Assembly (NCBI GenBank): GCA_012295275.1
Contig: CM022676.1
Coordinates: 3,348,001-3,412,000 of the forward strand
DNA from: Chrysomallon squamiferum
Lineage: Eukaryota > Animalia > Mollusca
Direction: 5' to 3'
Length of the DNA stretch: 64,000 nt
The notes under the pieces were generated by a model. It had not been told where the DNA came from, searched no databases, and saw nothing but the letters and a program-made list of their open reading frames with translations. Shown here in pieces: positions 1 through 13,401 of this stretch (position 1 is its first letter; each line of letters starts with the position of its first letter). A program made the position numbers and the translations under genes.

Positions 1-39
<39 letters not shown>

Positions 40-215
40 CTTAATAAAGTATTCTGGGGATATGATTTTACTAAAAATGTCCACGAGTCTCATACACAAT
101 TAAAATGACACACACACACACACACACATATCACACATACACGCACACACAAACTAAACAAAATACGAAACATTAAAATATTTTTTATTACAGATATAAT
201 TAGAAAAATACTTAC

Positions 216-279
216 TGATGGAGAAGAAAACGAAATTGAACAACCTTGACTGTTTCGTTCTTGGAGAAGAATTGAGTAT
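216..279 (-). CDS. Internal coding exon (64 nt) of an unidentified, probably secreted or membrane protein; gene continues left of the window
   Basis: Minus-strand acceptor ttttaaattgtag and strong donor TCA|gtaagt flank non-repetitive sequence. The phase-1 reading (D)TQFFSKNETVKVVQFRFLLH has an N-glycosylation sequon (NET) and is in frame with the exons at 5433-5459 and 16434-16491. Caveat: all three frames are open. Confidence 0.6.
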
Positions 280-439
280 CTACAATTTAAAAGATAAAAT
301 AAGGTAAAACATAATTTAAAAATTTAAAAAAAAGAAAAGAAAGAAAAACAGAAGAGAAATGAGAACATATGGTTATCTATTATAGTTTCCTGAAAAGAAC
401 GAAATAAATACACAATCAGAGGATAAGTATAAAGGATAT

Positions 440-960
440 TATATGTAGAATACCATAAATTAAATATAATACAATAACAGCAAAAATAGTATTACATATA
501 ATACAACAACAGTAACTGTAGTATTAAATATAACGAATCAGAAATAATAGTATTAAATATAAAGCAATAGAAGTATTAAATATGACACAACTGAAATAAC
601 AGTATTAAGCATAACACAACAGAAATAATAGTATTAAATATAAGCCACAACAGAAATATTAAATATAACAAACTGTATTAAATATAACAAACTGAAATAA
701 CAGCATTAAACATAACACGACAAGAATTATATTAAATATAACATGTCACGAGAAACAGTATTAAATATAACACAAAGAAATAATAATGTTCAATATAACA
801 ACTGGAACAATAGTATTAAACGTAATCCAGCAACAAAAAAATAATAGGTATCAAATATGTTACCACCACAACAACAACATCAACATCGGCATAAAACATG
901 AAAAGAAATAGTGTGAAATGTAACATGCGACAGCAACATCAGAATAAACGTAACACAACT
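440..960. repeat. Degenerate ~29-30-bp minisatellite (agtattaaatataacacaacagaaataat-like)
   Basis: Recurrent gtattaaatataac...aac(t/a)gaaataa units are visible throughout. Confidence 0.8.
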
Positions 961-1156
961 TCAGCAACAAAACAACAACAACAACAAAAATCAAAAATAA
1001 AAAAAATAAAAAATGTACTGTACAGAAAGAAAAAAGAAAAAAAAAAAGAAAGAAAATGAAGACAAAGGATAACGGTAATAGATGCATATTTGTGTTAATT
1101 ATACTTAAAATACATGTCACTGTGTATCTTTGTCACTGTTGCAAATGCAATTATGT

Positions 1157-1197
<41 letters not shown>

Positions 1198-1478
1198 AGT
1201 GTGAGATGATTCACGTATTTAAACAAAGTTGTGAACGGAGTTGCTGATGACGTCACTGCATTAATATTAATTTCCGTTAGTACATATAACGAACAAAACA
1301 TGCTAAAAATAGCTACGATGCGTGTATTTATTTACAGTACATTTTGTTTGTCATCACCATCATCAACAGAACATGCATATAACCATGATTACCCCTTTAT
1401 GTCTGTGTCTGTGAATCTGCATATATCATAAGTGTGTGTTAATATCCACTGTAGGTGTCTTCTGCATGTTTGTATTAT

Positions 1479-1680
1479 GAATGTATGTATGTATGTATAT
1501 AGGTATGCATGCATGTATGTATGTGTATATGTATGTATGTGTATATGTATATAGGTATGCATGCATGTATGTATGTGTATATGTATGTATGTGTATATGT
1601 ATGCATGTGTATATGTATGCATGTATATGTATGTATAAATATGTATGTACGTATGTATTTGTGTGTATGTATGTACATGA
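1479..1680. repeat. (ATGT)n/(ATGTGT)n compound microsatellite
   Basis: Direct reading of the sequence. Confidence 0.9.
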
Positions 1681-1849
1681 CTGTATTAGAATTCTAAGTA
1701 CATTAAAAAGTTAATAACATTGTATACAGTTAATTGCCATGTGTATAAAATTTCATATATCAAGATACTTGTATTTTAAAATAAAAGCTAATTTGCCCGG
1801 TCTCTGATAATCTGTTTACATACGCCAGAACCACTTACTACAGAAATTT

Positions 1850-2895
1850 ATGTATTAAGTCAGCCTATTTATTACTGAATGTTTTTATGTTATGCTATAT
1901 TAATTAGACGGGTCAATGTCTCATGTTAATGGAAATTAATTAGTACTATAAATGTTGTTTCCTCTTACTGAAAGTTCGTGTTGGTTACTTAAAACTAAAA
2001 ATGTATATGTTGTTTAAATCAAACATATCTGTGTTTTATGTGAACGTTTATGTTAGTTAACCAAACATTTATCTGTTGTTTAAATTATATATCTGAATAT
2101 TTTATATGGAAGTTATGTTGGTTACCTAAAATATTTTATCTGTTGTTTAAATTAAACATCTGAATGTTTTGTATGTGTTTATGTTAGTGACTTAACAGTT
2201 CTGTTATTTACCATAAACATGTCTATTGTTTTGTATTTATGAAAGTTTATGCTAGTTAACTAACAATCTATCTATTATTTAAATGAAACATCTGAACGTT
2301 TTATGTGAAAGTTTATGTTAGTTACCTATAAAATATATGTATTATTTAAATTAAACATCCTTGTGTTTTATACGAAAGTTTATGTTAGTTACCTAGCAAT
2401 CTATTATTTAAATTAAATATTTCTAAGTTTCACATTAATCAAAGTATTATCTGAACCATATATTAATTATATTTAGAGATTTACTCAAAAATTTACATAT
2501 TTTGTTAACTGTATCAGTCAATGTATTGAGTTAATTAAAACTAATATTATAATTATGTTATGTTAAGCCAGACTATGTATTCAGTATTAATTAAAGTTTG
2601 TATTTTATATTAATTATACCATTAAGTACTAGTTAAATTATATATTTTATATAGATTATATCAGTTAATATTTTGTTGGAATGTAGATATTATAATTATG
2701 CTATGTTAAACTGGAAGGTTTATAGCAGTTCATATCAAAATTATTGGTTGGCATCTTATTACTATTGGTAAAACCTTATTTTATTTTAATTAGGCCAGTT
2801 AATATATTATGTTTCTTAAATTAAATAGTTAACACATTGTAGGGGACATTAAAGAATATTTGGACTATTTGTTAATTTGAAAAATACGTTGGGTA

Positions 2896-2946
<51 letters not shown>

Positions 2947-2966
2947 ATAATACTCAAAACAATTAT

Positions 2967-3003
<37 letters not shown>

Positions 3004-3810
3004 GTTCAGCTGATATTAATGGTTTGTATTAATGGCAGTTTAAAGATTATTTTAATTCAATCAGTAAATATCGTGTTACTGAATATTCATGTTATGTTAA
3101 TTAGATAAGTCAGTACTTTAGACCAGTCAACGTCCGTTTTTACTGTATATTTATATATTTGTTTAATTAGACTAGTCAGTGAAATGTTGTACATTATGTT
3201 CATGAGACCATACAATGTCATATATTAGGGACACGTTTGTTATTTTAATTAAACTAGTAAATATACTATATTTCTAAATGTTTGTGCTATATTTTAAATA
3301 GACCAGATATTGTCTTATATTTCTGAAAATTTATATTTTATTTTAATTAGACCAGTGGATATCTATCTCTTCTTTATGTTAGAGAAGTCAGTGTCCTGTG
3401 TTATTCAGTGTTGATTAGAGATTCTAATGTTCTGAACTTCTGAAAGTCTACACATTAGTTTATTAAGACATGTTCATGTCCTATATTAATGGAAGTTTAT
3501 ACATTAGGTAGATATTTCAGTGTGCTTTGTTACTGAACATTTACTTGTTAATTAGATATTTCAGTATTCTGTGTTACTGAAATATTACGTCATATTTCGT
3601 TAGATATTTAAATGTCACGTACTACTGAAACTGTATATGGTTATTTTAATTCGACATTTTAATGTTTACTGAAGGTTTTTATGTTATGTAGACATGTCCA
3701 GTTTTAATGAAAGCGTATTCATTAAGAAGACATTTCAGTGTCGCATGTTACTGAAGATCTAAATAGATGTTTGAATGTTCTGTTACAGAATGTTTATACA
3801 TTATGTTATA
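1850..3810 (-). repeat. Degenerate array of the 50-bp minisatellite family, inverted relative to 5700-8560
   Basis: 3301-3349 (gaccagatattgtcttatatttctgaaaatttatattttattttaatta) aligns at about 39/50 by eye with the reverse complement of the unit at 6231-6280. Further ttaattagac...tgtc...tgttactgaa copies occur near 1900, 2790, 3060-3180 and 3370-3800. Confidence 0.75.
1960..2420. repeat. ~66-bp minisatellite, about 7 copies
   Basis: The motif ttatg(t/c)t(a/g)gt...tttaaattaaacatct recurs at roughly 2049, 2113, 2179, 2247, 2312 and 2380. Confidence 0.8.
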
Positions 3811-3858
3811 CCAATCGTTATAGAGTCATTAAGAAATATTCATACTATCTATTAACTA

Positions 3859-3897
3859 GACGTCACGTGACACGTATATTGACGTCACGTATCACGT
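3859..3897. promoter_or_regulatory. CRE/E-box motif cluster (candidate enhancer)
   Basis: gacgtcacgtgacacgtatattgacgtcacgtatcacgt contains GTCACGTGAC, a perfect TGACGTCA (3880-3887) and six ACGT cores in 40 bp of otherwise CpG-poor DNA. Confidence 0.4.
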
Positions 3898-4105
3898 TAT
3901 GTTAAGCTAATTTGTAGCAAACGAATGCTTATAAGGTAAGATAATGATAATAACAAAATGATCCACACCTGCATTAAGTGAAATTTAAACCAGACATGGT
4001 CAAACAAATTTCAGTCTCAATTTAACATGAACATTTTTGTACATGTTAATAAAAATCATTATTTTACTTTTTTAAAATTATTATTTTGTACCATTTAAAT
4101 ATGTA

Positions 4106-4204
<99 letters not shown>

Positions 4205-4564
4205 CGTTAAAATTAAGAAAGTGAATATTCTGTAGTTACATATAACATTACATTAATATTAGAATTTGTACACAGCTGTAAACATTTCGTTAATTCTAAC
4301 CAGGAAGATAAACTGACTATAATTACAGTCAAAATAGGATTAAAATGAAAACTGTTTTGAAAACATATCATTGGAACACAGGCACTATTGTGTCTGAACC
4401 TCGTCAGTTGGAATAACATGAAAACAAAACAGTTTGAAATGAAATAAATAACAGACTCCAGACAGCTTTTTTCATATTCAAATACTATTAAGTTATTAAA
4501 CTTCTTCTATGATTTGTTTGATACCCTTTAACTGAATACCTATCCAGATTAAGTATTTAATTTA

Positions 4565-4601
<37 letters not shown>

Positions 4602-4693
4602 GTTTGGCTTGATTAACATTTCATGGGCTTATGTGGGTTTATTCTTCCTTGAAATTTTTGTATGTAAAAAGAAATAAAACATTCTTCTGTTTG

Positions 4694-4762
<69 letters not shown>

Positions 4763-5432
4763 TCAATAATAATAATAAAAATAATAATAATTATTATTAT
4801 TATTATTATGATGATGTTGGTGATAATGATTATGACTATGATGGTATATACATTTATTTCATTATTATAGTATTGAATATTATTAAACAGAAGACATTTT
4901 CAACGTGCAATCACAGTAGAAATATTTTCTCAAACTTTTTTTTTATGGTTTAAAATGTACACTGACTGAAATTGGATTAGCCTTTTCATTACAGTTATCC
5001 TTATTAGTATGACTGTTATTACTGTGTGTGTTAATGTGTCAATGAAAGAAGGGTACATTTCAAATTTAATAAATAAAAATGAGCATTAAAACATTTGATG
5101 TTTCATCAAATTGTTATGTCATAAATACATTTACAAAGAAATCGATAATTAATTTATGTTTTTTAATGTTACGTTTTAATAACTTATCGATATACGTTTA
5201 CGCTTTATAGAGTTGAAACATTTTATTACCTTTTAAAATAATTCATTTCAGTTCAAAGTAACATGTTGCTTTTGTTTGTATTACGTAAAAAACTGTATGA
5301 ACAGAAATTTCATTAATGCTACCTCATGAGATTCTAAGTGCCAGATAAAAGCATGTACATATACACACATTAATTTATTTTTATTTGTCCTCATAATGAT
5401 CATAAGCAAGAAAGCATTTTTGATTTTCATAC

Positions 5433-5459
5433 CGCCACATGTACCTTTTTGGAACAATT
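5433..5459 (-). CDS. 27-nt phase 1-1 microexon, (E)LFQKGTCG; alternative 63-nt form 5433-5495
   Basis: Minus strand reads (ctt)n-cag|AATTGTTCCAAAAAGGTACATGTGGCG|gtatga. It preserves the frame between the exons at 16434 and 279 and supplies a small-residue signal-peptidase-like site (GTCG/D). Confidence 0.55.
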
Positions 5460-5699
5460 CTGAAGAAGAAGAAGAAGAAGAAGAAGAAGAAGATTCTGAA
5501 GAAGAAGAAAAAAGAAATTCATTTCATTCCTAACGATGGCTGTTAAATTAAAATTATAATTAATTAATATAAAACTAAAACTATTCATTAGAAATTATTC
5601 TGAGTGGTCTGATTAACAATGTATAAATGTTCAATGTTTTCGTAAATTAACTCCTTTAATTAATATAAAATATAAAAAAAATCTGACAATCACTGATCT

Positions 5700-6800
5700 A
5701 AGGAAAACTAAATATAAACTTTCAGTCATACAGGATACAGGCTGGTCTAATTATAAATAAATTATAAACTTTGAGTAACACAGGTCATTGGCTGGTCTAA
5801 TTATAAATAAATTATAAACTTTGAGTAACATAGGTCATTAACTGGTCTAATTAAATAAATTATAAAATAACACAGGTCATTAAAAAATTATAAAATTATT
5901 ATAAACTTTGAGTAACACAGGTTACTGGCTGGTCTAATTGAACTAAATTATAAACTTTGAGTAACACAGGACACTGATAGGTCTAATTAAAATAAATTAT
6001 AAACTTTGAGTAACATAGAACACTGATTGGTATAATTATAAATAAATTATAACTTTGAGTAACATAGAACACTGATTGGTATAATTAAAATAAATTATAA
6101 ACTTTGAGTAACACGGGTCATTGGCTGGTCTAATTATAAATAAATTATAAACTTTGAGTAACTTAGGACACTGATTGGTATAATTATAAATAAATTATAA
6201 ACTTTGAGTAACTTAGGACACTGATTGGTCTAATTATAAATAAATTATAAACTTTGAGTAACATAGGACACTGATTGGTCTAATTATAAATAAATTATAA
6301 ACTTTGAGTAACATAGCACACTGATTGGTATAATTTTAAATAAATTATAAACTTTGAGTAACATAGGACACTGATAGGTCTAATTATAAATAAATTATAA
6401 ACTTTGAGTAACTTAGGACACTGATTGGTATAATTATAAATAAATTATAAACTTTGAGTAACACAGGTCACTGATGTGTCTAATTAAAATAAATTATAAA
6501 CTTTGAGTAACTTAGGACACTGATTGGTATAATTATAAATAAATTATAAACTTTGAGTAACATAGGACACTGATTGGTGTAATTATAAATAAATTATAAA
6601 CTTTGAGTAACACAGGACACTGATAGGTCTAATTATAAATAAATTATAAACTTTGAGTAACATAGGACACTGATAGGTCTAATTATAAATAAATTATAAA
6701 CTTTGAGTAACATAGGACACTGATTGGTATAATTAAAATAAATTATAAACTTTGAGTAACACAGGACATTGTCTAGTCTAATTAAATAAATTGTGAGCTT
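5700..6800 (+). repeat. Homogeneous 50-bp minisatellite, about 21 copies
   Basis: Unit taattataaataaattataaactttgagtaacataggacactgattggtc, with period 50 (6181, 6231, 6281...). Confidence 0.97.
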
Positions 6801-8560
6801 TATATAATACAGGACAATGGCGTGGCTAATGAAAATTAAGTATAAACGCTTATTAATGTAACACATTAACTAGTTTCATTAAAATAAATATATCCATTTA
6901 TATAGAAAACTCTAGCATTGCTAATGTATAAACATTCATTATAACAGTGATTAATTCTGGTTCAACACAGCCCAATAATAATATTAGATTAATATATAAC
7001 GTATACTGGTCTAGTTAACATAATATAATTATTTCTTTATGCAGCCTACATATTAGCATAATAAAAGTATTGGCGTTATAAAACAATTCTGTGACTGATA
7101 TTATTAACATAAAATAAGCATTGTCATCAATATAGTACACTGACTGGTTTATTTAAAATTTAAACTTTCATTGGTTTAGGATTTAAAATGGTTTTATAAA
7201 AATGATACAGAAACTTTCATTATGATATGACAATGACGTGCATAATGACAAGATAACGTCTGGGTTATTTATGTTCAAAATTTAAGCTTTCACCAAACGA
7301 GAATAATGTCTGGTTTAATTAACAATTTTACAAACATTAACTATTTTGGAATGCATATTTGCTTTAATATAGCATAATTATAATATTACATTAATTGAAG
7401 AAATATACTAGTCTAATAAATGTAGAATACAATTATTTCTCTGTGCATCGTACCTACTGGTTTTATTAACATACAGTTAGAGAGGTATAATAAATATAAA
7501 ATATAGACATAGAATATCCAGATGTATCTTTAACATAATTTATAGAATTTCTTTTAATATAGGGCTTTATAATTCTGACTAATTAATATAAAATATGAAT
7601 TTTCATTAACATAGGACATTAACTGGTGATATTAATATAACAAATGACATTTCATTAATATAGGACATAGACTCGTCTAATTGTCACAAAATAGTAAGTG
7701 GTCTAGTAAAAAGTATAAATCCTCATTAACATGGGATATCAACTGATATAATTAAAAATAACGTATAACATTTCATTAAGCAATGTAACTAAAATAACGT
7801 TTAACATTTAATTAATGTATTACATTGTTTGGACCAATTAAAATAACGGAGAACATTTAATTAATGTATTACATTGATTGGCCTAATTAAAATAACGTAT
7901 AACTTTTAATTAATGCAGTTACTTGATTGAGGTATTAAATACAGATAACATTTAATTAATTATTACATTGTTTGGTGTAACTAAAATAACGTAATATTTA
8001 ATTAATCTATTAATTGTTTGGTGTAATTGAAATAACGTATAGACTTTTAATTAATATATTACCTTGACGTAATTAAAATAACAAATAACATTTAATTAAC
8101 ATATTACAGTGGTTGTTGTAATTTAATTAATGTTTTACATTGTTTGGTGTAATTAAAATAACGTATAACTTTTAATTAATGCAGTTACTTGATTGACGTA
8201 TTAAATTAAAATTAACAAACTAAAATAACGTAATATTTAATTAACATTTAATTTACGTATAGACTTTTAATTAATATATTACCTTGACGTAATTAAAATA
8301 ACAAATAACATTTAATTAACATATTACAGTGGTTGTTGTAATTAAAATAATGTAAAACATTTAATTAATGTTTTACATTGTTTGGTGTAATTAAAATGAC
8401 GAATAATATTTAATTAATGTATTACAATGTTTGGTTTAATTAAAACAACGTCTAACATTTAATTAATATATTACATTGTTTTGGTGTAATTAAAATAACG
8501 TGTAATATTGAATTAATGTATTACATTGACTGTTATAATTAAAATAACGAATAATAATTC
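6800..8560 (+). repeat. Diverged continuation of the 50-bp family, grading into a ~49-bp variant with higher-order duplication
   Basis: Variant unit taattaaaataacgtataacatttaattaatgtattacattgtttggtg occupies 7750-8550. An ~89-bp block at 8035-8123 is repeated at 8255-8343. Confidence 0.85.
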
Positions 8561-9633
8561 AGATTTTTATAGTGCACTGGTCAAGTTATTTTTCAAACTA
8601 TTTGAAATTTGAAATTTTATTTATTTCTATTATCACATGCTAATTAAACTTGTTTAGATTACTTACGTAATATATTAATTATTAATTAATTACCTATGGC
8701 TAAATTTGTTCATATTATTGATATAGAGTTTTGGAATTATAAACCTAATTTTAAAAATCTACTCTTAAGCAATACTATATTTGTTATGTGTCTGTATGCT
8801 ATTTTTTATAACGTAAAGTTTCACTACTTACCAAAAATTATTATGACATCACATGTATGAATGTATATGTATGTGCATGCTTGAATATTTAAACATTTAT
8901 TTTAGTATGCATTTTTTATGGTGTTTTTTAATATATATATATATATATGTAGATGTGTACAAAACTTTATTTTCACCAACGTAAAATTAGTATACACGTT
9001 ATACAGTACGAAAGAAAATTGTAATGGAAGTAAAATATACGTTAAAAAAGAAAAGAAAAAAAAAAGAAAAACAATTAGTTTGGATGGAATATTTTGATGT
9101 AGGCTATTCTAAATGCTATATTGAGAAGACACAGATACAATGTAGTAGTAGTAATAATAATTTCATAAATAAATAAACAAATGAAATAAATAAAAAGTAA
9201 ATAATAATTTAAAAACAAAGAGATAAATAAATAAATAAATAAATGCAAATTTAGGTAAGTCCTCACATGTAACGATAAACACAAAATAGTTATATTAACT
9301 CGAACACAGTGAGACATGAGACAATACTTTTTAAACTTTATGCTCAGATATCTAAAAATAATCAATCAAAACAGGGCATAATGCAATCGTCATAATGGCC
9401 TCAGAACAATTAAGAACAAAAATATATATATATATATATACATATACAGAAAGGGATCAATATTTAAAGTTTATTCAAAACCCTAACAAAGCTTTTTCTT
9501 TTATGAAAAATAAATGTGTGTGTCTCTGTGTGTGTGTGTGTGTGTGTTTGTAATTGTGTAAGATTAAAGGTATTGATAATTACTTTACTTTTCCTTTTGT
9601 TGTCAAGTGTTACTTATCAGTTCACTAATATTG

Positions 9634-9767
9634 AAAAAGAATAGACTAAAGGTCAATATTTTTATGTTTATACAAAACATTTATAATAAATATAGTAAGT
9701 ATATACTATATTTATTATAAATGTTTTGTATAAACATAAAACTATTGACCTTTAGTCTATTCTTTTT
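9634..9767. repeat. Near-perfect inverted repeat: 64-bp arms, 6-nt loop, one mismatch
   Basis: 9634-9697 is the reverse complement of 9704-9767 except for one position; the loop is agtata. Confidence 0.97.
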
Positions 9768-10379
9768 TTTTTTCTTCTTTTTTTTTATTGTTATTGTTTT
9801 TTTTTTTTTTATTTTTTTTATTTGTTTATTTTTATTTATAAATTTAAATTGTTTTTGTTTTGTTTTTCTTAATTATTACTATTTTACTTTTTACTTTATT
9901 TTATTTCATTTTATTCTTATTCTTCTTATTCTTATTATGATTATGATTTATTTATTTATTTATTTATTTATTTCTATTTTTTTATTATTTAATAGACAAA
10001 CAAATATAATATGAAAAGGATACTAATTAAATTTAGTTTAGAAAGGATTCTGGACTTTGAACTTTAGACGTTTTAACATGGAGAAACAGATACTTAGATA
10101 GACAAGTGGAAAATACATAGAGAGATAAACAGATAAGGCAAGAGAAAAACATAAGTAGGTAGTGACATAGATAGATTTATACATAGAATGAGACACATAT
10201 AGACATGTATGTATGTATATATATATTTATATATTTATATGTTTGTGTGTGTAGAGAAACATATATAAAATACTTCTTAAATCGTTATTAAAATTTCACA
10301 AATAAAAAAATTTAAATAATTAAATAACATAGTAACTAGTTATACGGTTAAAATAAATTGATGATTCGAAATCTGCAAA

Positions 10380-10710
10380 TAGGCACTATTTTCCACGTGG
10401 TTTACTTCCGGCGACTAACACATCGCTTATTATTTCAAGACCGAATATTCCCGAACTTTCTCCGGTGGCGTTAAACTCGGAAATTTCACGACTCTTGCCG
10501 AAGTGAATCCGAAACCTCCTGAAGTTATTAGCTTTCACGAAAATAGAAACGGTGGCAGAAAGGCGATCGATTCTGGTATCTAAACCGTAATGCTATTTCG
10601 TGAAATCTTCGAATTTCAGAAGATTCAGGAATGCTGAGTGACAAATAAAGAGATTTGGAAGGAAATTATCGGTTTTACTGGATAGAAATAAAATATAGAC
10701 GGCCTGAAGG
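10380..10710. promoter_or_regulatory. Intronic CpG-rich island with E-box and ETS motifs (internal/antisense promoter or structured RNA)
   Basis: CACGTG at 10394-10399, ACTTCCGG at 10404-10411, many CpGs and several hairpins. No ATG-initiated long ORF on either strand. Confidence 0.45.
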
Positions 10711-11382
10711 TGAAATAACATCAGAGACAGTTTGACAAGAATCTGAATCTACTTCTGATTTTGTTTAATTATTAGATTTGCATCACAGAAATATTTAAAT
10801 TTTTGAACTGCTGAATTTTAGTGTAGTTTTGAAAATTAAGGCTAATTAACTTTTAAATTTTATTCTATTATCATTCTTTATTTCTTGAGCATATGTGTAT
10901 GTATGTGTATATGTATGTATGTATATGAATAAATGATAAGTTTATGTACGTGAAAATATTCACATATGTATATATATAACATTTTTGGTATGTGTATTTA
11001 TTTATATCTATATTTATATAAATATTCCACATCAAACAGTAATGAAATCATTATCACAAATCCGCTGTTAAGTTATAACTGTCAAATTATATTTAATCTA
11101 TAAAATGTTCTATAGCATCATTCACGATTATTGTGCACAAAAACATTTATATTTGTGTGGAAAACAAAATATATTAATATAAGAACAGAAACAAAGTTTA
11201 AGGAAAAAAGAATAATATTTTAGATTAATTGATATATATATATATATATTATAATAGCTAATTTGAGGAATATAATTATATATGCTATGAAATTGCGTAT
11301 TTTCTTCAAATACGTTATTATGTATTACTCAACATACTAAGTACTTTTTATAACTGTCTAATAAGTCAGATGTATAAATAGT

Positions 11383-11474
<92 letters not shown>

Positions 11475-12067
11475 ATATGTAATAAACAGACGTTATAATT
11501 TAAAATTATAATCTGTCAATCTGTCTCTATCTGTCTTTCCTTCCGTTTCTGTCTCTATTGTCTCTTAATTTGATGTACACAAACACGTATATACATGTAC
11601 TCACATACACACGCATACATACATACATATACATATACATATAAGCATACATATTATTATAATATTTATTTCAGCAATCAAAGCTGATAATTTCTAGATA
11701 TGGAAAAAATATTAATTTTTCAAATACAAACGACTCTTCGTGTTTAAATAACGAGTTATCAAACACGTTTTTATTCTTATTGTTTAAATCTTTTCTAACT
11801 TCACGTTTTAATGTCATTGTGGGTCTCACATTATATTTTCTCTTTACCTTTCTTATTTCTACTCAAACAGTCTTATAACATGTCCTTCAGTTACTTTAAT
11901 CAAATGTTAAATATACTTTCTCTGATAATTCATCTTTGTAAAATGCTTTATTGTTTCATCTTCAAGATTTGTTAAGACTGTTATTATTATTGCTGTTTTT
12001 ATTATTACTATTATTATTTTATGATTATTATTGTATTCATAGTGATTGTTATTGTTATTATTGTTTC

Positions 12068-12099
<32 letters not shown>

Positions 12100-12193
12100 C
12101 TTAACTGCAATTACAATATAATTAAAATGTATTTTATATCTTACATAAACACACGCACAAACTTTTCAATATTCCTTTCCTTTTCTTTCAGAG

Positions 12194-12383
12194 ATTACAT
12201 TATATTACATTACATTACATTACATTATATTATACTATATTACATTATATTATATTATATTATATTATATTATATTATATTATATTATATTATATTATAT
12301 TATATTATATTATATTATATTATATTATATTATATTATTTTATTTTATTTTATTTTATATTACATTATATTATATTATATATA
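12194..12383. repeat. (TATAT)n/(TACAT)n pentanucleotide microsatellite
   Basis: Direct reading of the sequence. Confidence 0.9.
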
Positions 12384-12928
12384 AAATATCATGTATATAT
12401 GTTTTGTTTTTCTATGGCTTTAGCGGCAATTAAAGAGAAAAACCGACATAAAATATACGTGAATCAAATCCAACCTCCTACCCGCCCAACCAGCCACCCA
12501 CCCACCCAAGCAGAGACATACACAGTCAGACAGACAAACACACAGACAGAGAGAGACACACACACACACACACACACAGACATCTGCTGTTTCCATTCTT
12601 CTCGCTTGTCATTTATCAAACACACAGAATAAACCCTAACCGTATCTGCGGTTTGCCTATCCTTTCTTTTTTTTTTTTCTTCGGTTTTTATCTCAGTGTA
12701 TGGAAATGATTCAGAGTACAAAATGTGAGATATAAATTGTATGTATACAACCACAATCACGTGTCCGCGGTTTGACTGTTTTGTGTTTCTTAGTGGGGAG
12801 GAGAGGGAGAATTTAGTGTAGCTGAGTTAATCACATACAGATAAATACACTTGTTACCTCAAACCTCAGACACACAAAGAACATTTTCTAAAGATCATCT
12901 GTCTATCTATCAGTCTATCTATCTATCA

Positions 12929-12979
<51 letters not shown>

Positions 12980-13086
12980 ACGCACCGTTTGGGAAACTAT
13001 AATTATATTAAAGTAAGTGTTATTGTACTATTGCAATATAAAAAAAACTTATGCTTTTTTTTTAACAAAACAAATCAAAATAATAA

Positions 13087-13157
<71 letters not shown>

Positions 13158-13384
13158 ATTATATTATTTTAGTGGAATATTTTTGAAGTAATAATGTTAA
13201 TAATGATATTGATGATGATAATCGTTTTGATCAAGACAAAACAAAACGTGTCTATTAACCGAAATAATAACTGAATTTGAGAACAAAAAAAAAAAAATAT
13301 TTATTAAATAAATGCAGTCTTAGTGATGGACTTAGAACAGAAATGAATCTACCGCGAGTACATCAGCACTGTTCAGTGGGAAAA

Positions 13385-13401
13385 TTCTGGAGGGGGCACT
13401 G
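13385..13401 (+). promoter_or_regulatory. CTCF-like motif
   Basis: ttctggagggggcactg matches the 3' core (AGGGGGCAC) of the CTCF consensus; the 5' part is imperfect. Confidence 0.3.

Noticed and set aside
5700-6800. CRISPR-like array (also 38700-39290)
   Set aside because: The units are contiguous tandem copies with no unique spacers, there are no cas genes, and the context is eukaryotic.
9267-9351. Extra minus-strand exon (…MSHCVRVNITILCLSLH)
   Set aside because: The donor context is weak and there is an immediate stop in the phase required by the flanking exons.
12630-12740. Telomerase-RNA template-like AACCCTAACC followed by small hairpins and a U-rich tract
   Set aside because: A 10-mer of this kind is plausible by chance in 64 kb, and I could not build a pseudoknot or H/ACA domain. 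A covariance-model search would be needed to revive it.
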